From NCBI RefSeq assembly GCF_000143415.4, contig NW_003314268.1, positions 1,348,672-1,412,671 on the forward strand: DNA of 64,000 nucleotides, given 5' to 3'. The DNA comes from Selaginella moellendorffii (taxonomy: Eukaryota > Plantae > Lycopodiophyta). The translations under genes and the position numbers were made by a program. The notes beneath the pieces were generated by a model. It had not been told where the DNA came from. It ran no database searches and saw nothing but the letters and a program-made list of their open reading frames with translations. The number at the start of each line of letters is the position of its first letter. The stretch's first letter is position 1. This document shows positions 11,930 through 23,695 of the stretch, in pieces.

Positions 11930-13100
11930 GATCACATGGATAGTAGAAAATTTTACAAGGAAATTTGTGATATAGCACGAGATAGCAAATTTGAAAAGAA
12001 GATAGGGTTTTGGAATTTTCTTGTGGATATATCCAAGAACTTGTTTTGCCCAGCTGGTGGATAGCCATGAAATACAAGCTAAGAGCAAATTTTTGAGGTT
12101 ATTCAAATCCATGAAGAAGCACAAATTGATGATTTTATATCCTTAAAATTTTGTTAGGCCAAGTACTTCTATAACCAGACGAGCTATAAGAACAACACTT
12201 CACTACAATATTAGAGTGTAGGTATTTTTCTATAGATTTCAAGTTTTCTATATATAAACTAAGTATTGAGTTATAGGTTGATATATTCCAGCAAGTTCAA
12301 GCATCTACAATACTTATATAAATCAAAATGCTGAGAGAATTCTTATACTAGGGCTAAAGATGAGACATACATCAAAACAACATTACATTTGGATGTAAAG
12401 GTAGATATACTTGTTGGATTTTGTGGTCTAAATGCAAATCACATGTGAGATGACATGTTTTTTGTTAAAGTAGGGGCAGGAGAGGAAGGCTACAATAACA
12501 TTATAGCAATTTTTGACAATTTCTAACAAACTCATTATAGTCATGTGCTTAAAGTGAACTTACTATACTATTACAATCTACCAAAGTTATTTCTTGTTAT
12601 CCAACTTACTTACAATAGATATTTAGATATTTCATTTGTAGTTATAGTAACTTTAATCTTAGAAGTCTTATAACTTGGATATTCAACAGCAATGGGAGTG
12701 AGTTCATGACACTTGGGATAATAGTTTGCAATAAGTTTTTAGCCTGAAAATTACCCATGCATTTGATGGTAATTCAAGATATCAAAAACTAATGCGAAAA
12801 AATTATATACATTTTAAAATATACTAGGCCAGTTGGGTGTTTACAATATTACAAAAAGAGGATGGTTTTATTTATAGACTGCATGATCAAAAATTCATCT
12901 TTAATGGCAAAAAATTTGTAAATCCACTAGATTCTTTAAGAAATTTTATCCTTGGGAAGTTCTTAGCAACATTGAATCATATTAGAAAAGTATTTATTGC
13001 TCTTCCAAGACATGAACATAGCTTAAATTAAAGTGATATGGATAGGAAGGACCATCAAAATTGAGCTACTACATAAAGACTAGATTTTAGGAATGCATAT
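11930..13100 (+). pseudogene. Degenerate P-element/THAP9-like DDE transposase relic
   Basis: Collinear motifs FEVIQIH..F..L/NFVRPSTSITRR, AKDETYIK.TLHLD.KVDILVGFCG, HAFDGNSRYQKLM, LHDQKFIFNGKKFVNPLDS, HSLN*SDMDRKDHQN*A. Many stops and frameshifts. Confidence 0.6.
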
Positions 13101-15418
13101 ATATATTACAAGGTGATTGAATTACAACTAAGTGAACTTAGTGAAGAAGAATTAATAAAATCTTTGTCAACTCTTTTATCAAAAGATTTATTCTTGATTA
13201 CATCATTGCTCTGAAATTCCCTCTAAAGCACACCTAATAGAGTACGATGTATAAGTTATAGAAAAGATCATCTAAAGCTTTGCATTAGAAAAGTGAAATT
13301 TAAAGTTTTTTTTCCTCCCTTAGCAATGATCATGCCCATATTTTCATTTTTGTCCTTGAACACAAGTAGCAACAATCATCAAAATTCTATAATGTCTCAT
13401 GAAAAGTAAATATATATAGTTACAAATAGAAGAGATATGTTTTATAGTATTGTGCTACTTGAAAAGTATCATCAAAGTGGTTAGTGCAATTACATGTATA
13501 AATCTCATAAGATCTTGATAAAGTCTCAAATAACCCTTAATAAGACAATGCAATTACGCAATCTTAAATGCATGCTTGAAGATATTCAAGAAAAAACTTT
13601 AATCAACATGAGTGGTTATATTTAAAACATTATACCATTGTAACTGCATATTTGAAAATATGTGGGAAACTTATGTAAACACTAAACATTGGCATAAGAT
13701 AAGTGGCAATCATTATAAAGTGATTAAATGAATGATACACATCATCTATAGAATTCCTAAGGAAAAAATTTAGTTTATGCAAGGATTAGCAATAAGAGCA
13801 AGAGAAGTTACATCATGCACTATGAATGCCACCATCATCTAAGTGCATAATATCATATTTATTAGATACCTAGTTTAAATTAAATATAAATTAAGATAAG
13901 TAATTGATAATTGATTAAAAAATAAAAAATTGCTACACATTGCATGTAGAAATGCTTGGTGTGCTTAATAGTAGTGTTATTCTTACTTATTAATTCAATT
14001 GATTAAATAAAGTTTATAATTATAATTTATAAACACAAAATTAATCTTATTGCATATCAACCATTAGATGATAGAATAAAAAATAATATACTAGAAAGGT
14101 TTTAAGAAAGTTTTTAAATTATAAACATGTTTATAAATTATAAATACAAGATTAATCTAAATTAATAACAACCATTAGATGGTAGAATATCCTAGGATAT
14201 CCAAGTATTTTTATGTATATCTGCTACCATCCTAGCCCCTCTACAAGTTTGTTTAAGCAAACCAAAAAATTCAAAGAGAGAATATTGAAGATTATATTTT
14301 CTATTTTATTAGTTTCATTAAGCATCAAAACATTATTTATAAAAAATAATAAGACCATACAGGCCTTTTTTATTTGCAAATTTTCTAGTAAATTTATTCT
14401 CCCTTTATATTTTGTGTCAGAACTCATAATAATTTTAGTGTTGTGATAACTGCAAATGATGTGTTCAAATCAGACACTCAAAATAAATTTTTTTGTACAA
14501 ACACATAAGTAGCCTAATGCAATTTTTCAGAATACTTGAACAAAAGTCTTTGGAAAGTTTAAGAAATATTTTAAATATCCTCAACTCAATATTTGTGGAT
14601 TTTTTGGTGTTAGCAAATGAACTTTACCAGATATTGGAGAAAAATCCATAATGAAGATAGGCATAGATCTAGAAATGCAATTTAATTTACACCATAATGA
14701 TAAATGAAAGGTATACTGCCATTTCTAAGTACATCTATAGTAGAAAAAAGCACTCCTAAATTATTTCACAAATATAAAGAATGAGCTAGATAATTTCAAG
14801 AACTTTATCTCTGTATGGTGACCTTAAGTAAATAATAAATCGAGGTTAATTTTTGTATCCAATAAATCAAGTGGCTATAATAAAATTAACTAAAGACCAC
14901 GATATAAAAATGAAAAAAATAGAAAAAAAGATATTGTTTCCATTTTTATTTTGGTACCAGGGATTACAATCGACTTCTTCAAGAAGTTCCTCCTTTGAAT
15001 TTGCGACTTGCAGACTTGCAAATAGAAATTGCCTAAAGCTGAGATGTTGGAGCCTATAGAACAAACTCCCATTGAAAGGGTTCATACTCAATTTCCTCAC
15101 CAGCTTGAAAGTGAGCTCAAATGCACTTGCTATCACCACTTTTGACATTGTCCCAGCCAAGCCTATACCCCATTTTGTTACGTTTCACCTTATTTGACTA
15201 AATCACAATTTGACTCAGGAAAATGCCCGCGCAATCTCGGCCGCCAATCAAGAACAACGAAAAACACAAACCAGTCTCCTTTGATGGTCTGACAAAAGAG
15301 TCCTATCAAAACTCTCCACATCGCTCTCATATATAAGCTTCTCATGGAAACATAACGCTTTTATTCAAAGCATTGCTCAGTCGATCCACAATCATAGAGA
15401 AAACTTCATTGAAGGACG

Positions 15419-16012
15419 ATGGAAAAGCTCATATTGTTCTCGCTGCTCTTGTCCATTGTCTCACGCTGCTTCGCTCAACTCGGCCAGACGAATGGTAGTG
15501 ATTTTTCTGCAATCTTAAGCTTCATTGGTCCTCCATCACCAGAAACTTCATTCTCAGTCACTTGGTTGAAGTCTCCAAGAAACTCCTCCACTGCTGTTCT
15601 CGCCAGCACTTCCGCTTCTTTTGGCTGCCAGATCCAGATTCAAGCCACCAACACGCCGGTGCTGATCGGCCAGCCAACGCCAATCTTCTGGGGCTCGCCT
15701 TGCGCATTCTCACCCCCCTCTCTCGGGGGCCTAAACTGTTCCTCTCGATTCCAAGTCAACGGGAGCTTGGAGCTCGTCGTGATGGAGGAGGTGGTGTGGA
15801 GCACAAGCACAGATGGGAGAAATGCGAGCTTTGCGAGGCTCAGCGATGGTGGAGAGCTCTCACTTGTGACGTCCTCTAACCAGGTTGTATGGACGAGTAA
15901 CGATGGGCCACTGGCGGGGCTTTGTTTGATCAGACAAAGCAGTGCCGGATCATCCCTTGCAGTTCCTTGGGGCTTCTTGATTCTGCTCGGGTCACTCCTT
16001 CTAGCGCTATGA
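15419..16012 (+). CDS. Secreted, probably GPI-anchored protein with partial bulb-type (B/G) lectin domain, copy 1
   Basis: Signal peptide MEKLILFSLLLSIVSRCFA. VVWSTST..ARLSDGGELSLVTSSNQVVWTS lectin-like strands. SSAGSS plus hydrophobic C-terminus. TATA (atatataag) ~90 bp upstream. Confidence 0.75.
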   Translation: MEKLILFSLLLSIVSRCFAQLGQTNGSDFSAILSFIGPPSPETSFSVTWLKSPRNSSTAVLASTSASFGCQIQIQATNTPVLIGQPTPIFWGSPCAFSPPSLGGLNCSSRFQVNGSLELVVMEEVVWSTSTDGRNASFARLSDGGELSLVTSSNQVVWTSNDGPLAGLCLIRQSSAGSSLAVPWGFLILLGSLLLAL

Positions 16013-16307
16013 AAGAGTGTGTAGATCTTCTATCACAATAAAATTCTTCCACCATTCCTTAAAAGATATCTCAGTGATCCACTAAGTCGATTCTTTGTCA
16101 GCTCTATAGATATATGTGAAGAACTAACTACAAGCACAAAGTGGGCGGTAGAGATTTGCCCGGGTGGAAAAATCATATCGGCTCACAATGTGCCAAGTTG
16201 ATGCTTATCGGCTGTCCATGTGTCTTCCTTCTATCGTTAGACCCTAATCACTTGGCACTTGCCATGGAAGCTCTTTAGCTAGGTTTCTCGGATCGATCCA
16301 TCCCTCC

Positions 16308-16677
16308 ATGGCGTCGCTCGATCACAGGGAAGCACGGCGAGCACAGGTGCGCTGGGCTAGAATCGAGGGGCTGAGCCCGGTGGTGCCGATTCCACGCGAT
16401 AATCTGGGCCTCGGCGGTGCTGGATTGGGATTCGCGAGCATCAGCTTGTTTGGCCGCCGCAAGCAAGAGAATGCGGGCCGGGAGGAGGCTGCTCCGGCTC
16501 AAGCGGTGCCAAGCGCGGGACGTATGCGCATGACGCTCTCCAGCGGAGGTTTAAGGTGGAATTTTAGCTGGTTTTGTTTATTCCCATGTAGTGACGAAGG
16601 AAGATCTTTGTCTTTGGCTCTTTCAGGAGCTGGACAAGCAAAACGCTGGGCACATAAGCGAGAATGATCTGAAAGCG
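16308..16677 (+). pseudogene. Truncated pseudogene of the EF-hand mitochondrial carrier
   Basis: Copy of 35602-35980 with a 10-bp frameshifting deletion (tactcgccga missing) and loss of everything after ELDKQNAGHISENDLKA. Confidence 0.9.
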
Positions 16678-17059
16678 ACAGGATCAATCAGGGAAAAGCT
16701 AGCTAGCAGCAAAGCGAGCTGTGGTACTGTCGAAATGAGAAGTTGGCGAAATGTGACGAAGAAGGGTCGTCCAAAAGAAGGGACGTATCAAAGTCCGGGA
16801 AAATGGAAAGGCCCAAGGAAAAGGAAGCCACGCGTTGGACGCAGACTGGAAATTCCAATGAATGCGCGTGTTGGGCGTCTCTAGATAACGATGAGGACTT
16901 TGATAAGTTAAATCAATATGAATTACCAGGTAGCAAGCAAGCCAAGCAGAAGAGGCATAGGGCGAGCAAAATCACAAGAGAAATGATAAGCTCCGCAATT
17001 ACTTGTTCAATTAACTTTTTCAAACTTTTTGACAAATGAAGCTTTATTAAATTGTATTT

Positions 17060-18250
17060 GGATTAATTTTAAAGTAGTTCTTCCACCACAAAGAAGTATG
17101 ACCCATAAGCTTCATTGCAAGAAAATTGGGTTGTGAGATAAATAGTTTCTTATGACTTTTGTTATAACTAACAATCAGCCCCTTAATTGTCACAAACATC
17201 TAGTAACAACTTCCCATCTTACGATACCATAATCTTTTGTATGATCGATGTAACAATGGTAATTATAGACATGAGATTGATTTATTCATCTTGAGGGTCC
17301 ATATGAAGCAAGAAAATCCTTAATGAAATTGATATAATCTTTAACCTCCTTAAAGCATTCCAACATTAAAAGGATATTCTTAGAATATTTCTATAGTTTT
17401 TGTCAAACACTAGGATTATTTAGAAAACTATAAATGAAAATGAGGTCTATAATGAAAATTTTAAAGTTGAAGAACTTTGATAATAAGAAACTTACCTCTA
17501 GATTGATCCTCAGTTTTCCCAAATAAGACCATATGTAGGACTCTTACAATTGAATAGTTTGATGCTATACCAAATAGGCTTTAGAATAATGAGGACATCG
17601 TCAACTAACTCTCATAAAGAATTATCATTGAGAGTAGTTCAAATAGTAGTAGTTTTTACTTTCTTCTTGACACAATTGTTTTTATTAAGGATTATAAATT
17701 TGAGGCTATTAAATATTGCTCTCAAAACTATAAAAATTTAATTTTTTTCCATTTTTTCAAGAGGAGGGGATGATGTAAGGTTTAGGTGTATGGCTATACT
17801 AATATTAGTATAGTGGGATTTTGATAATCATTGAATTAGTTTCAATCCAGACCACTATGGTCTAGGTTTATTGAATATGCATCTTTCCATATTCTCCATA
17901 CACTTATAAATTTCATATTAGTTTTTTAATTTGAAAGGTTATTTAGCATTTAAATTTTTTATTGAGTATCATAATTTCTAAAGTGTGCTTCAAAGTTTCT
18001 GGGTTTTATGGAAGTGAAACTTCACCTAAAAGCCTTTTGTGTGTGCTCTTAGTGTCATAAGAGGAATTAAGTAGATAGATGGATTAATAGGCAATTACAA
18101 AGGGCTTTTACCCAAAAGTTGAAGTAACAAATAATTGTCATCCCAATAACAAAGGGATAAGTTATGTATTTGTCCATCTTGTTTGTTAGTGAATCCAAAT
18201 GGATGTGAACTAGTATAGAACTCATGTGCTAAAATCTTGAGGAAAAGCAT
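17060..18250 (+). mobile_element. Degenerate Gypsy 3' end (integrase C-terminus/chromodomain-like), PPT and LTR start
   Basis: HKLHCKKIG and YLIHL-G remnants. Purine tract aagaggagggga followed by TG at ~17771. Right boundary uncertain. Confidence 0.5.
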
Positions 18251-19264
18251 GCACAAGTAGAATTCCAAAGATCCAATCTAGATTTTTTTACTCTTGAGGT
18301 TACATCAATAGTTTAGCATGAACAACAAGAACCTATGGCAAATAGTCTATTATAGCAATTTTATTCCAACATAGGAGTAAAGGATATATTTCCCCTCTAC
18401 TATGTTGGTTGACAACTTCAAGGACTTGAGCTTGGTTATCCACTTTTAGAGAAGCAAGATGCATGTATCATATATGCAATAGAGAAATTAAAGCATTACT
18501 TGTGAGGAAGGCATTTTTGTATTCCTTATAAATAATATTGCTTTGAGGTACATTGCAAACAAGCTAATACTTCTAACAAATTTTTCTAAGTGGATGACAA
18601 ATTATAACAAAGTATAACTTTGAGTTTTAATATAAGATAAAATCACTTAAGCAAAATTGGCTATAATTTTGGATTATAAAATACCTCTAGAGCAAGAAGA
18701 GATCCATGCTAGGAAGAGGATCATGACGTTTAAATAATGAGTGTTGAAAGAATATCAAGATTTTACAATTTTGAAAATAAGGAGTTTTTCAAAAGGGTGT
18801 AAAGGCATTGAGAAGTAGAAAATTATATGCAAGTCAAAACCATTCATATTAATAATTAATCAACTTTACCAAATTGGATGAGACAATATGTTTTAGGGAG
18901 CAGTTGAATAGAACAAAGGAAAGGAGATCAAAAGTTTAGATTTATGAAATATGTTGTAGTGGATAGTATCTATCATAATAAGGAGGAGTTGCCAAACTTT
19001 CTAGGCCGCCGAATCCAGCCAATCGCAACTGTTTGATAGGGGTGTAACTGTAAAGGGGTTATTTTTTTAACCACATGTTAGTGAATAATTGCGCTGATGT
19101 TTGCTCCTGGTTAATGGGAGCAGCCAAACCATGTATGGCAAGAGAAGAAGGCCTGGCAACACATGTCACATGCTAATGTGTTGACCATGGCTGCGCCTAT
19201 CGTTTAGACATCGAGATCCCTCGAGCACCAAAGCTGTAAGGAAGATTTGGCAACTTGAGAACCA

Positions 19265-19400
19265 CATGCTTGTTCCAAGAGATCACATTAGCATTTGTGT
19301 TGTGGACTTTCACCACTGTTTTGAAAGTACCAATGGAAACTCCCATAGACTGACCATTCCATCGGAGGAGCAAGCCACAAGCTCAAAGGAATCCACCCTT
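19265..19400 (-). pseudogene. Helitron-captured WD40 exon-like fragment
   Basis: Reads FELVACSSDGMVSLWEFP..KTVVKVHNTNANVISWNK, resembling the WD40 pattern S.DG...W..AH..DVNVISWN of GRWD1/Rrb1-type proteins. Confidence 0.5.
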
Positions 19401-22040
19401 TTACATAAACTTAATATAAAAGATAAAGAAAGATGATTCAGTTGCCTGGATGAAAGAAAAGCAAGGCTTAACTAAAAAAAAAAGTTCAATCAATTAGTTC
19501 AAAGCATGATGTGAGCTTTCTATGGTGCACTGAACTCCAATCTAGAGCAAATCCTTCCACCCCAAACAACTTGGAGGGGTGCCTGGTTTGTAACCTGAGA
19601 AAAAGCACAGCTGCTTTCACCAAAGTCCCAAACCCGGTGAAAGTACGAGATCCCTCATTTCTTCGTCATCACAAAGAAATCAACTTAAGAAATCCATTCC
19701 TTTCAGCTCCTCAAATTTTTCTTTCGCCTATGTGCCTAGCTCGATCCTGTGCTGCTGCTGCTAGAGCTCTTGATCCTCTCAAAAATCTAGAACAGACTGC
19801 AAGGAAACCTTTGTTGCTAGAGATCTCTTGGCGACCAGAGGGGGATTGAGATCCATTGCCGCTGATCACGATTTCCATGCCTTGGATCAGCTCCATTGTG
19901 ACTGTCACTCTGTGGTGGCACTGGAGATGCTTGAGCTATGGCGATGACCAATCTAACACCACTACCATTGTAGCTAAGGCGGCAACAAACTTTGATGCCT
20001 TGCGATGCCATGAAAATTCCAATCACCCAAATGGGCTAGATCCAATCTGTATTTGGCACGACACACTTTTTTAGCTCTTGCTTCACATAAGCCTAAATCT
20101 CACGATTAAATTTTGGGCTTAAGGGCACCATCAAAAATTACAACAACTTGCAGCAAAAGGTCAGTCTTTCTTCTCAATCCATGACACATCCTTTTCCGGC
20201 AAACAATTGAAAAACCCTAGATGGGCACACAGAACTAAACACACAGCAGGTTCATGTTTGTTTATATCCTTGCCTCCACCACATATTAAACACTGTTTCA
20301 TATTTCTCTTACTAATTTGAGTTTGTTTACAAACATGAACCTATATAAGCTATAGTTTTCTAGCTTTGTACTTGAAAATTTTAAATTATGCCTCCCCTTT
20401 GTCATCTTCTTAGAACTATAAGAAATACCAATCATTTTGATAAGAATTTTGATACTAACAATTTTGATAAACACCTTGAGCCACTTCAAATTATTTCAGA
20501 TCAAAATGAAATATATATACATCAAGCAATATCCACTACATCATCTCTACCTTCACAAACCACACTAGCAAGTCATACTATTCACAAAGATTCACAAATT
20601 TCAACTTTTGAAATTGGTTTTTTATTTGTTTTTTGTAATGCATCACATTTTAAAGATGAGAACATTGTTATGTGTTGTCAACATGGTCAAGTGATATTGC
20701 CACTTATATTACCTTTGCCAAATACTTTACTTACACTTTACAAGCAAAACAAAAACTCTAATTTCAAAATTAATATTAGACACTATAATAGTGCCCTTTG
20801 CATTTGCATCAATGGGTGTTAACATTGACACTTTTAGGGGTAATAGTCCTTATTGCTTTAGAATTCATGGGTAGATTTACCATAGTGTCATGTCATCACA
20901 TTCTTTTGGTGATTAAAGTCCATATTACGGGCAACTTTATATGCTAGATACACAAGAAGCCACAGATATAAGTCATCAAAACCCATTTAATACAAATTGC
21001 GAGCAAGATTTACTATTACATTTTGATACACTCTTTTGTCATATTAATCCATATGCACAGACTTATAGAATGATATATGAAATGGAACAAAAAGAACTTC
21101 ATGAAGTAGAAATTACAAGCTGTCCTTTATGTGGTGTTTATATATTACTAAGGAATGAAGGAACCAATAATTGACATTATAATATATCATAAACAAATGA
21201 TGTTGTTTTTGTTTTTGTTAGTGAGAATGGAGAACCCCCACATGGACGTAAAATTTGTATATATTCTATGGTCATTCTAAAAAGATTTTAATACTTGATG
21301 TTAATTGTGATCCTATGGTTTATCCTTTGATATTTTTCCTTTTAGTGATAAAGGATGGCATGCAAATATTTTGAATACATGACAACATCAAACTACATTA
21401 CTTTTATATTATGCATATCGCTCATCTAAAAGAGACACACTATAATCAAGTTTGGACCAAATCTTACATGCTAGCAAGCTTACTCAACTATACATTGTTG
21501 ATGCATATGTCAAAGTTGAGAGTAATAACCTATATTACTATTGTACCCACGAAATGTAATTATGAGTAGAAATGGATATTGGTCTTATGAATTATGTTGC
21601 AAATCATGTTTCAAATGAAAATATGAACCTTGGTAAAATTGTTATACTACCTTTAACTTTTGGTGGTGGACCTAGAGCAATGCAACAAAATTATTCAGAT
21701 GCAATGGCAATTATTGCTCATTACTCAAAATTAGATATTTTCATTACTTTCACTTACAACCCTAAATAGCCAGAAATTATAAAAAACTTATATCCAAATG
21801 AAGGTCCTAAAGACTGTCCTGATTTGGTCTCTAGAGTTTTCTATATTAAACTTAAAGAATTTTTGAAAGACATAACAAAAAGACATGTATTTGGAAAATA
21901 TGTAGCATATATATATGTAATTGAGTTCTATAAAAAAGGTCTCCCACATTGTCATTTTCTAGAAATTCTAGCCCATGAAAATAAAATTAGAGACCATGAT
22001 GCAATTAATCAATATATCATGGTTGAATTACCAGATCCTT

Positions 22041-23680
22041 TGTGAGACACAAAATCCCTAGGCCCCAAAGTGGAGCCGGAAAGGGTGCCACGTGGTAGTG
22101 GCCGAAGCGAAAGCCCAAACGAGTGTAACACGTTTGGACTAAAAGCTCTGACTTGGAAGGTCGAGAGTGGGAGTGGAACTCCCAACAAAGTGCTCAAGGA
22201 GCGAGCACGAAGCGAGCAATAAGCAAGGCTCCAAAAAGGGATCCAAAAAGGACCAACACATGACACGTGGAAGTGTTCGAGATGGAGTCCGATATGGAGT
22301 CCAAGATGGACCCGAAGTGGAGTCCGAGATGAAGTCCGATATGGAGTCCGAGATGGACCTGAAGTGGAGTCCGAGGTGGACCGAGACGGAGTCTGAGATG
22401 GACCCGAGATGGAGTCCGAGGTGGACCAAGATGGAGCCCGAGATGGAGTCCGAGATGGACCGAGACGGAGTCCGAGATGGAGTCCGAGAAGGACCCGAGA
22501 TGGAGTTCGAGGTCGAGACCGAGACCGGGACCGAGACCGAGACCGAGACCGAGACCGGGACCGAGACCGAGACCGGGACCGGGACCGGGACCGAGACCAA
22601 GACCGAGGCCAAGACCGAGCCCGAGCCCGAGCCCGAGTCTGAGTCCGAGTCCGAGTCCGAGTCCGAGTCCGAGTTCGAGTCTGAGGGGGTGAAAGCCCAA
22701 AGCGTTCGTCTCCCAGACCCTGGGGGGTTTGGTGAGCTCCAAAAGTATAGTAAGGGGGAGGACTGCAGTGGAGCCAGTTTGGCCAGGAAAGGCCAGTTTG
22801 GCCCAGGAAGGCCAGACCCAGTGTTGGGTGATGAGCTGACCACTGGGAAGTCCAAGACTAGAGTGAACATGGACCGACAAGTGGGGTAGCTTGGTGAAGT
22901 GTTCAAGAGCCAACTCTAGTTCCCCTGGGAGATCGACTGGCCGATACTCCTAGTCCAAGTGTGGGTGGCACTACCTACTTGGATACCAGGCGTGGCTCAA
23001 CGGAACCCCACTCTAAGCCCATGGCTAGAGCACCCAAGGGCGGAAGGCAGGGAAAGTACCTAGGTGGCTCGCGTAAGGCCATGGTGTTCCGAAATGTCAT
23101 CCCAAAGGCCCAGACTGTGGAAAGGAAGAAGAGCAGTCATCTGGGGTGTGACCAAGGACACAGTCGTGTGGTGATAAAGTCCTAGAGGACTGTGGGACTT
23201 AGTGGTCGGGCCTGTAGGCTTCGATCCAGTGGCAGTGTTGGCAAACACGGCCAAAGGCAAAAAGGGACTTAGTGGGGACTGACAGAGGGATATTGGGGAA
23301 GGCTGTTCCCTTTGTCAGTGGGCATCCTAAGGATGCTAAGGAGTGGATCTGGGGTGACCACTCATGGATGGTTGGCCCAGTCTTGGAGAGACAAGACTGT
23401 GTTGCAAGTGGTATTGGACTACCAGTGCAGCAAAGGTGATTGGGCATAGCCTTAGCGTAACAGGCTGCTATGTCGGTGGTACCTTTGAGTGTCAGTCATG
23501 GGATTGGACACATAGAGCACTTAGACCAGGTGCAAGGGTTGAGTGGCATGGATGCCATTCTTGGGGCTAGCAAGTCCCAAGTCCTGAATTGGACTTATGG
23601 AGGTTGTGAATGAGACTCCTCCAAATGGTCGGAGGTGTGGTTAAGTGATTAAAGTAGAATGGAAAAATTAGTTGCTTACA
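22041..23680 (+). repeat. 5' LTR (1640 bp)
   Basis: tgtgagacac...gttgcttaca. About 25 substitutions per kb versus the 3' LTR in the non-repeat part (counted by eye). Confidence 0.95.
22277..22685 (+). repeat. CpG-rich minisatellite in LTR: CCGAGATGGAGT 12-mers grading into GAGACC, GAGCCC and GAGTCC hexamers
   Basis: Directly visible. Second copy at ~28006-28440 with different unit counts. Confidence 0.95.
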
Positions 23681-23683
23681 ACT

Positions 23684-23695
23684 TGGTATCGGAGC
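23684..23695 (+). other. Primer binding site (tRNA-iMet)
   Basis: TGGTATCGGAGC 3 nt after the LTR end, one mismatch to canonical TGGTATCAGAGC. Confidence 0.9.

Larger units (their letters stand above)
13150..16998 (+). repeat. Segmental duplication copy 1 (of ~32460-35980 joined to 38588-38918)
   Basis: Near-identical collinear sequence. Copy 1 jumps from ...gatctgaaagcg to acaggatcaatc at 16677/16678, a ~2.6-kb deletion. Confidence 0.95.

Noticed and set aside
14867-15160. Minus-strand ORF duplicated at 34131-34475
   Set aside because: Frameshifted between the copies, no recognisable homology; likely decayed repeat DNA.
22277-22685. CRISPR-like array
   Set aside because: Contiguous minisatellite without unique spacers, in a eukaryotic context with no cas genes.
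22139-22913. 240-290 aa ORFs on both strands in each LTR (ETETE/SDSDS/LGLGL/RDRDR)
   Set aside because: By-products of stop-free 6- and 12-mer repeats. Frames differ between the two LTRs and no domain is recognisable.
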